A DNA stretch of 64,000 nt from Selaginella moellendorffii (lineage: Eukaryota; Plantae; Lycopodiophyta). The notes below the pieces were generated by a model, which saw only the letters and a list, made by a program, of their open reading frames with translations, ran no database searches and was not told the DNA's origin. A program made the position numbers and the translations under genes. Shown here piece by piece: positions 46,631 to 57,363 of this stretch (positions within the stretch are counted from its first letter, which is position 1; every line of letters begins with the position of its first letter). Where the stretch lies: positions 1,279,430 to 1,343,429 of the forward strand of contig NW_003314297.1 of assembly GCF_000143415.4 (NCBI RefSeq). The letters run 5' to 3'.

Positions 46631-49077
46631 ATGGATGACGCATTAGAGGCAATTAACAAGTGGGTAGATCAGGGCTATATTGTAGATGAGAAGAAGATCA
46701 TGGCGCTGACAATGTATCTCACAGAAGGCCCTGGTAAGCTCCAGCCACAGGAGTACTGCACTGAGCAGCCAAAGCCAACCTTGATGGCATCTGCAGCTGA
46801 ATGGTGGAAACAGAATCGAGCGGAGTGGAAGCAGCAGAAATTGGAGTTTGAGAAAGAGTTTCAGAGAAGGAAATTGGAGTTTGAGAAAGAGTTTCAGAGA
46901 AGGAAATTGGAGTTCGAGAAAGAGTTTCAGAGAAGGAAATTGGAGTTTGAGAAAGAGTTATTGGAGTTAAAGAAAGGGAAATTGGAGTTTGAGAAAGAGT
47001 TTCAGAGAAGGAAATTGGAGTTTGAGAAAGAGTTATTGGAGTTAAAGAAAGGGAAATTCGAGTTGGAGTTGGATAAGAAAAGAATGGAAAAAGAAGAAGA
47101 GGAGAGGAGGAGGATAGAAACAGTCATAAAAAATGCTCATACCATTTCCGACATGGAGAAGTTCTCTGACAGTGAAGCTGCTGACTTCAACAAGCTTGTG
47201 CTGGATAAGTGGAATCCTTTGCATCAACTCCTGCGTGGCAATACTGATTTGCATGCAATACGGTGGAGATCATTTCTGCCCAAGCAGCTCGGTATGTTTG
47301 TTTGTTTATTTTTTGTTTTGTTTAAAACTTTGTCTCCATAGTTGCATCAGAGTTCCATAGGAGCCAAACCACGTTTGGAGGTCGATATGTGCTCGACAAA
47401 CTCAACCAAGAGGGAATCCAAAAAGGCTGGGACCAGATCAAAAGAGATGTTTGTGCAGACTATAAGGGAAGAGGCTTTGAACATTTACAAGTTTCATATC
47501 TGGAAGCTACGGAGCCTGATCAGCTTGGTACTGTTTTCTATTCTTCTTTCTTCTTTGCTACAAATCCTTGTCCTTGAATGCAGGGAAGAGCATGTATGCC
47601 TGTGATGAGACTTACGCAAAGGTCAGAGTCAAACACTACGCTGCCTATGGCGTTTGTTTTGCAGCGCTGTTGGAAAGTATCTTTCGGGTCCTTGACAAAG
47701 ACAAAGGTCTGCCTACAATTTCGTTGAAGGTTCTGGCCCCAGTTCACACATCAAACGGGAAGCTAGAGGTTGAAGTCGAAAGGTCGAGTTTGAGGTGCAA
47801 GTTCCTAATAGAGATGAAGAATCTGAAGCGGCAGGGTGATGACATTCAGGAGGAGACCAGGGCGAAGAAAAACAGGGTGTTGTTGTCTGACCAGAAAAGC
47901 AACGAAAGTGAGGAGAACAAAACCATAAGCAAGAAAAAGCAACCTATTGTTCTCAGCGACAATAATCAGAGTGAGCCTCTGCAAAAGGCTCGAGGCCAAA
48001 TTGGCGAAGTTCACGTGGAAAGGCAATTTCAACAGGTTCAGAGCGGGTTTGTCAACGGCGTGCATGTTACAATCGTCCGCCGAACTTACTCCACCAAATC
48101 CGAAGATCATTTCAACGCCAGCCGGGTACTGAAAATCTTGGAGAGTAGCGACATAAAGATAGGAGAGGCCAGGAGTTTAGATATGGATTCAAGGGGCGTC
48201 GATCAAGTCCTCAAAGAGCTAGTTATTGCTCTGATTAAAGCCGGGTTCCTGCCACAGAGTCTGCTTCAATGTGATGTTAGTGGTGCTGCAGGGTTGAGAG
48301 CAGAGAGAATGGAAGTAAGTGTTGATGAAGAACAGCTAGTTCAGCCGGTTAAGGCTGAGGTAGCTGAGGTAGAGCACCGGTATCTATTCCCCGTGACAAT
48401 CCATGGATCGGGATTGAAAGCCTGGATTAAAGCAGCAACAGTAGGTGACCGGTACAAGCAGGTTCAGCGAGAGCTTTTAATTCGTCAGTATCTGTGTCCA
48501 GAGGACTCTGTGAAGGCGAGGGCAGTAGTCTGGAGGGGGGTTCCGGCGTTACTCTTGGAAGATGCGGGACAGAAAATCAACACAGACAGGATGACGCCTG
48601 AGGACGTTTTCAATATGACAAAGGCCATTTATATGGTACTTTCTCATGTGTATGGTGAGCATGGGATTTTGCACAATGATGTTGCACCCCGCAACATCTG
48701 CCAAGACGAAAAGGGATGTTACCGACTTATTGACTGGGGATTAGCAAGCCGGCTTCCTGATATTGATCATCCCACAAATATACCTGATTGGCTTTATTCA
48801 GGTACTTAACTTTTTTTCTCGAGTTCGGTAACTGATTGTTCTGTATGCAGGTTCTTGCTTTTTCTCTGGAAGTCAAACTCCAAGAATCCATTCTGATTTA
48901 GAAAGCTTGGTGTACGTGGCACTTGACTGTCTCCATGTACCGTTGCCATGGGTAAATGCAGCCAATGGTTCTGATGTTATTAAGATCCGCAAAAGATTCC
49001 GGAGCAACTTGAATTCCTCAGTGTTGAACGCTTTATATCGACCACTGCTCAAAGCATGGTTAGAATTGGAGATCTGA
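46631..49077 (+). CDS. Coiled-coil + degenerate PD-(D/E)xK-like domain + atypical (FunK1-like) protein kinase, ~760 aa, 4 exons
   Basis: Exons 46631-47291, 47351-47527, 47584-48801, 48851-49077 join in frame; WIK, RE, ILHNDVAPRNI, LIDWGLA, SDLESLVYV; FLIEMK...ARGQI. Confidence 0.8.
46838..47070 (+). repeat. Coding tandem repeat of 33-bp (KLEFEKEFQRR) and 42-bp (KLEFEKELLELKKG) units
   Basis: aaattggagtttgagaaagag repeated 6 times, almost perfectly. Confidence 0.95.
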
Positions 49078-49319
49078 ATACTGCATGATTATAATAAAAA
49101 CGTGATGCTATTTCAAGTCAGTCTTTGTTACTCACACAAAAACATGTTTACGCTATGCAAAAGCTTCGGTTGTAGTTCTATTTACGGTTGCTACTTATTT
49201 ATCTTATTTGTAAAAATAAAACATTTAAAGTGCTGGAACTTTCCAACTCTTTATATATTTATGGAATCAGTTTATCTTTTATATGTTAAGAACTACCAAA
49301 TGCATGAGTTAGTTGATTC

Positions 49320-51120
49320 TGATTCAAAGTTCAATCTCGGACCGGGTTTGAGATTGAGTCCGAGACTAACTCTGAGACCGAGTTCGAGATAGAGTCCAGA
49401 ATCGAGCCTGAGGCCAATTCGGAGACTGAGTTTGAGATTGAGTTCGAGACCTGAGATCGGGTCCGAGACCAAGTCTGAGATCAAGTCTGAAGTCGAGTCC
49501 GAGATCGGGTCCGAGATCAAGTCCGAGATCGAGTCCGAGACCAAGTCCGAAGTCAGGTCCGAGATTGAGTCCAAGATCGAGTCCGAGACTGAGTCCAAGT
49601 ACTAATACAGGTCAAGGGTTGACAGCCCAAAGTGTGCGTCTCCTTCCAAAAGTATAGTAGAGATAGTGAGGTCTAGGAACCAATCTTGAAGGAACTCTCT
49701 AATGGTGCTTCCAAACTGACTTGAGGTTGAGACTGGGGCCGAGGAGCCTTGGGTGGGAGTGAGCATGGACTCGGGTGGTGCTGGAGGGGCCACCCAAGGA
49801 AGTGCTCAAGAGCAGCTCCCACTCCTGAAAGGGAAACCGACTGCAGTGCTCCTGGCTCATATGGAGTGGTGCCTCAGTTGAGTACCTCGTGGCTCATTGG
49901 TCCTCGCCCTTCCTAGGGGCTTGGGCCTTCCCTTCGGGATAGAAGTGGGGGGTAAAGGTACCCATACCGGGCCGTTAGGCCACAATGTTTCGCCCCGATG
50001 TCCCAAAGCAAATGTTGCACCCAAGACTTGGGATTTAGAGGGTCCTATGATCAAGTCTTGTGGTACCAAAGGATGATAGGAACCTGGAGGCTTGGTGTGC
50101 TTGGCTGCTTGTGCCTACGGGGAGTGTAGCCAAACCTTAAGTCCAGTCTAACTCGGGGAGGGGGATTGGGAGAGTTTTGGGAATCCATGGATGGATGGCT
50201 AACACTCCGTTGCTCATGCAGTGAGTAGTTGAAACCAAGTAGGACCAAGTAGGAGCTGGTACCATAGGCTAGAACCTTGGCGAGGGAACTTAGCTAAAGC
50301 CAAGGCAGTGTTGGTCAGATAGACGAGGTAAGTTGGCAAATTGGAAAGAAAAAATTTGTGGCTTACAATTTGGTATCGGAGCCTTCTCCTTAGTTTTAAC
50401 GAAGGATAGAGGCGGATTGCTAGGAGATGGCAAAGGCAGGGCGTAAACGAACCAAGGCAGAGACGGAACCTCCGCCAAAGCTGGAGCCTTTGGTCGAACA
50501 AGAGGCTATGGATGAGGTATCCTTGCACAAGGAGGACTCCAATGAGGAAACTTCCAAACAGGAGTCTGGTGGCAAGGTTCGGTCGTCCAAGGCTCGATTG
50601 GATGTTCTAGAAGGACAGTTGACACAAACCAATGCCCTGCTGGAGACTCTTGTACGCAAGCTAAAGCGTGATGAGAAGCGGAAGAAAAAGTGAAAGACTA
50701 TAAATGCTGGCAACGCAGAAGGTGCAGACCCTTCGATAGGGATTGAGGCAGAACCAAACAAGGTCAAACAGACCGAAGTGGAATCAGTCCCTCAAGTAGT
50801 TCCCAAGTACAAACTAAAACCCCCACCGATCTTCAAGGGAGTGAATAACTATAAGGTGGTGGAGGATTGGTTTTACGATATGGAGAACTACTTCCGAGCG
50901 TTGCGGTTACCAAGCTTGGAGAAGGTCCCATTTGCAAAACCATACTTGGCAGATAATGCCAAGTTTTGGTGGAGAACAACAGAGGCCAATGAAGGACCGG
51001 TGGCCACTTGGGAAATGATAAAAGCGAGAATCTGTGTAACATATGTTCCTCCGAATGCTACTCTGCACCTAAGGGATGAGCTGAGTGTGAGTGACAAATT
51101 TTTCCATTTTACTTTAGTCA
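49320..51120 (+). mobile_element. Truncated Ty3/gypsy element: hexamer array, LTR end, PBS and broken gag
   Basis: (GAGATC/GAGTCC)n 49335-49600; ...TTACA then PBS TGGTATCGGAGCC 50371-50383; gag 50427-51100 (PPIFKG..VEDWFYDMENYF..LADNAKFWW..TWE) with an in-frame TGA at 50691. Confidence 0.85.
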
Positions 51121-51126
51121 CTTAAC

Positions 51127-53031
51127 CCCATTTCCGACATGGAGAAGTTCTCTGACAGTGAAGCTGTTGACTTCAACAAGCTTGTACTGGATAAGTGGAG
51201 TCCTTTGCATCAACTCCTGCGTGGCAATACTGATTTGCATGCAATACGGTGGAGATCGTTTCTGCCCAGGCCGCTTGGTATGTTTATTTGTTTATTGTTT
51301 GTTTTGTTTAAAACGTTGTCTCCACACTTGCATCAGAGTTCCATGGAGCCAAACCATGTTTGGGGGTAGATATGTGCTTGACACACTCAACCAAGAGGGA
51401 ATCAAAGGCTGGGACCGGATCAGAAAAGATGTTTGTGCAGACTATAAGGGAAGAGGCTTTGAACATTTACAAGTTTCATATGTGGAAGGAACGGAGCCTG
51501 ACCAGCTTGGCGTTCCTTTAGGTACTGTTTTCTAATCTTTCTTCTTTGCTACAAATCCTTGTCCTTGAATGCAGGGAAGAGCATGTATGCCTGTGATGAG
51601 GCTCAGGCAAATGTCAGAGTCAAACACTACGCTGCCTGTGGCCTTTGTTTTGCAGTGCTGTTGTAAAGTATTTTTCAGGTCCTTGACAAAGATAAAGCTC
51701 TGCCTACAATTTCGGTGAAGGTTCTGGTCCCAGTTCAGACATCAAACGGGAAGCGAATTCCGGACATACAGGTTGAAGTTGAAAGGTCGAGTTCGAGGTG
51801 CAGGTTTTTAATAGAGCTGAAGAGTCTGAACCAGAAGGGTGATGACATTCAGGAGGAGACCAGGGCGAAGAGAAGCAGGGTGCCGTCGTCTGATCAGAAA
51901 AGCGACGAAAGTGAGGAGAACAACAGCATGAGCAAGAAAAAGCAGCGTATTGTTCTCAGCGACGATAGTCGGGAGCTTCTACAAATGGCTCGAGGCCAAA
52001 TTGGTGAAATTCACATGGCAAGGCAGTCTCAACACAGGGTTCAGAGCGGGTTTATACCCAACGGCGTGCATGTTATAATCGTCCGGACTGACTCCACCAA
52101 ATCCGAAGATCATTTCAAAGCCAGCCGGGTACTGAAAATCGTGGAGGGTAGCGACATAAAGATAGGAGAGGCCAGGAGTTTAGATATGGATTCAAGGGGG
52201 GTCGATCAAGTCCTGAAAGAGGTAGTTATTGCTCTGATCAAAGCCGGGTTCCTGCCACAGAGTCTCCTTCAAGGTGATGCCAGTGGTGCTGCCGGGTTGA
52301 GAACAGAGAGAATGGAAGTAAGTGTTAATGAAGAGCAGCTAGTTCAACCGGTTAAGGCTGAGGCAGCTGAGAAAGAGCACCCGTATCTATTCCCCGTGAC
52401 AATCCATGGATCGGGATTGAAAGCCTGGATTAAAGCGGCAACAGTAGGTGACCGGTACAAGCAGGTTCAGCGAGAGCTTTTAATTCGTCAGTATCTGTGT
52501 CCAGAGGACTCTGTGAAGGCGAGGGCAGTAGTCTGGAGGGGGGTTCCTGCGTTACTCTTGGAAGATGCGGGACAGAAAATCAACACAGACACAATGACGC
52601 CTGAAGACGTTTTCCATATGACAAAGGCCATTTATATGGTACTTTCTCATGTTTATGGTGAGCATGGGATTTCGCACAACGATGTTGCACCCTGCAACAT
52701 CTGCCAGGACGAAAAGGGACGTTACCGACTTATTGACTGGGGATTAGCCAGCCGGCTGCCTGATATTGATCATCCCACCAATGTACCTGATTGGCTTTAT
52801 TCAGGTACTTGCTTTTTTTCTAGAAGTCAAACTCCAGGAATCCATTCCGATTTAGAAAGCCTGGTGTATGTGGCACTTGACTGTCTTCATGTACCATTGC
52901 CATGGGTAAATGCAGCCAGTGGTTCCGATGTTATTAAAATCCGCAGAAGATTTCGAAGCAGCTTGAACTCCCCAGTGTTGAAGATCTTGTATGTACCACT
53001 GCTCAAAGCATGGTTAGAGCTGGAGATCTGA
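51127..53031 (+). pseudogene. 5'-truncated second copy of the nuclease-like/kinase gene
   Basis: Matches 47139-49077; TAA at 51664 where copy 1 has GAA; retains RIPDIQVEV...LIELK; last intron absent. Confidence 0.82.
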
Positions 53032-54531
53032 ATACCCTATGATTATAACAAAAACGTCTTAATTTGAATACTCACCCTTCCACAAAGATGTGTTTCAACC
53101 CTGAACTCATGGTTGCAGCTCTTCTGATGGCTGGTAAATAGTAGTAGTCCAAACTTTCATCTCAGTTCTTGAATATCAAAATGCTTGTTTAAATATTATA
53201 AGAACTAATTAAAGCCTAACTAAAATGATTATCATCTAATATTTAACATGTAGTGTGTAATTCTAGTTTACTTCTTTAAACATGTACTTTGCTTATTAGT
53301 GAGGAGGCACATAGTGCAGGGCAAGGTGATAGGGGGTTGGAAAGTTAGAAAGCCAGGCAAGATCATCTAGGTGTTAAAGACACTTTTTATGGTGAACCTA
53401 TAAAGGAGCATGTTGATCTCCATGGTGCGAAAGTTGTTTTGATGTCATGAATTAAATGTGTCCAAGGATATTAGGAAGACCAAAATTACACTTGTAGATT
53501 AGCAAAACAATGTCCAAAGCAATCCACTAAAGGTAATTGTTGAAACTTGAAAACAAATGCAAAAGTACAAGTACAGCCATGAGCTGAGAGTAGATTTATT
53601 CTCTAGCAACTTCAAGGCCTTTTAGAACTCTAGACTCAATTGAAAATCTTAGAATAAATAAGTTAACTATCACTATATTCTATATTACTTTGCAGTAATC
53701 ACTTTGTTTCTATATTGTAGTAGAGTATTTTATATGATAGAGCATTCCTAAATATGCTAGTTTTTTAAGCTCATAATTCATTTCAAATACCAACCATCCA
53801 TCCTTATGAGCATAAAATTCTGAAGGACTCCAAGATACTTCAAGATATAAGGCAAATGATCAGCCTAAAAGATCAACTATGAATAGATGCAATTCTTTAG
53901 TTCTCCTTTAAACTTCAATTGAAAAATTATGTATAATATACTTGATATTTGGATAGAGCTCAGTGCTTTGTTGGGATCATCACCCATTATGTCTATTGAT
54001 AACATGTTGATTCTCACCATCACTTTGACCTTTTGAAAAGAAATATACAATATTAGTGAACAAAACTGAATAAAAAACAAACAATGGATACAAAGGTATT
54101 AAAAGTAATAGCACCTCAAGTATGAACCATACTATGGATTTGGAAGTAGCTTGTTTGCTATTATCCAATGGTGAAAATAATAACAATTTTCACTAGATTT
54201 CTAACAATGATAATCTTGAGGAAGAGCCAAATAACACTCTTTTGCTACACTTGCTTTGCATGATGTATAGCTATATACCTCTGGCACAACTTATTGATTG
54301 CAACAACATCTCATCATTGTTCCTGGAGTTGTAAAAGCTAATCATAGTAGTGTTGTAGTTGGTATTAATTTGTTAAAATATAAAGTGGAAAATTTAAAAT
54401 TAGTGACATTGATATAACCTTTAAGAGAGGTCAACTATGAGTTGCTCTTTTCTTGCCATGAGACCTTGAGCTTGTCAAATGTTGCTTTGAGCTTTTTAGT
54501 GACCAAAGCACTTTATTACCATTACACAAAA

Positions 54532-57363
54532 TATGGCATGTTATTTATAAAATGGTGTTGCATGAAAAATACCATACTGTGCAATATTGCATTTGCCAAG
54601 TGGCAACATTTGATTGGTCTATCATAACCATATTTCTATTATAAACATCCAATGGGCATCCAATGTGATCAGATTTCCATACATGTCTATTATGCACATC
54701 CCAGTACATGTCTACTCATCCTTTGATTAGTGTCTGGTGAGGCCTACTTGTTGTTGTGTAGGGCACTATGGTGGAGTCTAGATCCATGGGTATTGGTACT
54801 AAAAAATCTAGGGCAATAACAAGGTAATTTATATTTAAAATAGTTAGATGGTTTTATTTTCTTTTGATGACAGGATTTGTAAGGAGGTTTTGACATATAG
54901 CATACATAATGAAGCTTAAGAAACATGAGTAAATTTCTATTGTCAATTTCAAACTTCTTTATTATAGATAACGACATTTTTTTGCTTGAGATTTTCGTTA
55001 GGTCTCATAGAAGAGCAAGATGGTATAAGTGGACAGTCTATCCCATATGATTTAGACTCTTCTTGAACATTTGAGAGTGATAACAAAGAGCAATACACAG
55101 AGGTATATAATTTCATGTTTAGAGTAAATTATTAAATATATGATTATAAGAATTCTAACATTCCTTGGTTTCTAGATGTTTTAGCAATCCAATTGCTTTT
55201 TATTTGTGGATGCATTTGTGAGACCAAGACAATGGATTACTTAGCATCATATTTACAGATTTCAAATCTAACATTGTATAAATATATGAGGTTCATTGAT
55301 GTAAATTGAAGAGTAAGATACCATCATTAGAGGTGTTTCATCATATCCTCACTAACATTGCCATGAGTCACAGTGATACAGATTGTAAATGGCCACTCAA
55401 GTTGTCAATATTATTTTAGTCAATGTCAAATTTGCAAAGCTTTAGCTATACAAGACCTTATAAGGCTCACTTTAAACTTATTTCTGTCATGCTTTACTCT
55501 AGCAGCATAATGTAAACTAGTATCATATGGATTTTATGTCCATGCTATGATTTGTGGTGCTACACATAACATCATCTTTTACGAGTTATCAACTACAAAG
55601 CAGTAATATGTAATTTTTAACATTTATGCACATGTTGTTTATAAATTTTGCTATCCAAAATAGATTAGAAGCAATCACACACTAAAGGCCAACGATGTGG
55701 AGAGTAGAATATAGACCTCCCAAGCTTCACCTTTTATCAGTGGCACTTCAACACAAAACCAAATACAAAATATCTACTCAAATCTTTTTAAATTTTAAAT
55801 TTCTTATATATATATATACACACACACACATTTTATTTTTTTCACAGCATAATCAGAGCATTAAGAAATAAAGATATTGAACTCTTGCTTAGATCATTTC
55901 TATGCAGTGTTGAAGGTGTTACTTTGCCACAAGTATTTAGTTTTATCTTTTTTGTGATGTTCCCTATGTTAAGAATTTCTTTGTTTTGAACAACACATAA
56001 CAACAATCCAGAATCAAGCATTTTCACTCTATTATACTAGGCGAAATCTAGATGAATAATACCTTTTACTCTTGAATTTATTAATATTATGTGCACTAGC
56101 AAATATAAAAAGACATCCCACTCATAGACTACATTGCAACAACACTATGTATGGCAACTCTAGTCATTAGAAGAGCTCTTGAAAAGTTGCAAATGACCAT
56201 TCTCCATCTAGCTTAGTTATGAATTCTTTAAAATTTATTTGTTCTTTAAGGTGTATTTTAATTTTAAGTAGTGGAATTCAAATGTTATCACCAACTATGT
56301 ATTAATATTATTGATTCACAAATAAAATATAATAAAGCATAATTATATTCCTAGATTGGGAGATTGGCAAGCATGAAGTATAGATTTGAGCAATGTGTTT
56401 AGAATCATATAGCAAATCATAGAAGGTAACAATCTTATCTGAAAAATATACATCCTATAAACTAGTATGAGAGTTAAGTGGCCTTCACCACTTTTAACAT
56501 ACCTGAAAAGTATAGTGTTCCATGAAACATAGTCCCAAATACACGTATGAATGTTGTCCAAGCCCATGTATGTGTCCACAAAGCTTCTACATTTGGAATA
56601 CATGTCAACTACACAGTTTGCGATATAAACATCTTATATAAACCTCCTTCAAGTGGCCTTGTAAATAATATGATTTACAAGAGGTATAACTATCTTCGAA
56701 ACATAAACCTCTTTCAGGCAGCTTTATAAATAATATGATTTACAAGAGGTATAACTATCTTCCAATCTCGATAAATTTCTGTCCTTCTTCTATACATAGC
56801 ATATAGTGGGAAATTTTGGCCCATTCTTCCAAATAAAAATAATAATTAAGTATCTAAGCATTTTGAAATCTCAAATAGTTATATTAACTTCCCCATGAAA
56901 CAATGGAATTCCATAAAATTTCTTGCACTGCTCTAGAATGAGCGTCCAATGTTATTGATAGTTGAAATATATGAAGTTAATCACTTTATTTGAGCTCCTC
57001 AGCCCTTGCTAAATTGTAATAGTGCTCAAAAGCTTTAATCAATTGAAATTAGAAAAGGCACTAGGAATCAGGGAAAAAATTCAAGGCTTATAGTTAGAAA
57101 TATTTTGAAACAATAAATGGGTCTAATTAAATGGTTATGGATGGATAAGGGGCCATTTACATGGCCATGATCCCCACATAATGGCCATTAGATTCTAGGG
57201 AATATCCTTCAAAAATCTAATTCAATTTCATGCGTAATCAATTTCACATAAGGAATATACCGTTTCATATCCAATTTTATACGTAGATTATTCTACTAAA
57301 TGCCCCATGGCTTGTTTTTAGTACAGTCTTTTTTCATGCCAACACCAGTTTACGAATAACATA
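54532..57363. mobile_element. Non-autonomous AT-rich TIR element with TATGG-type terminus (probable IS3EU-like derivative)
   Basis: Left TATGGCATGTTATTTATAAAATGGTGTTGCATGAAAAA; right end reverse complement TATGTTATTCGTAAACTGGTGTTGGCATGAAAAA; splits an IFT81 exon; no clear TSD. Confidence 0.72.
56343..56620 (-). pseudogene. Degenerate PPR fragment inside the TIR element
   Basis: VDMYSKCRSFVD...DYVSWNTILFRYVKSGEG...SILHAC. Confidence 0.65.

Noticed and set aside
49293-49598. Ser/Asp-repeat ORF (and the LG-repeat ORF at 23646-23867)
   Set aside because: Translation artefacts of the hexamer arrays in the LTR remnants
51127-53031. Kinase copy 2 as a retrocopy made by the adjacent gypsy element
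   Set aside because: It retains two of the three introns, so it is a DNA-level duplicate
56660-56765. Direct repeat of ~35 bp, plus the (TA)n(CA)n tract at ~55805-55830
   Set aside because: Ordinary local duplication and microsatellite inside an AT-rich element
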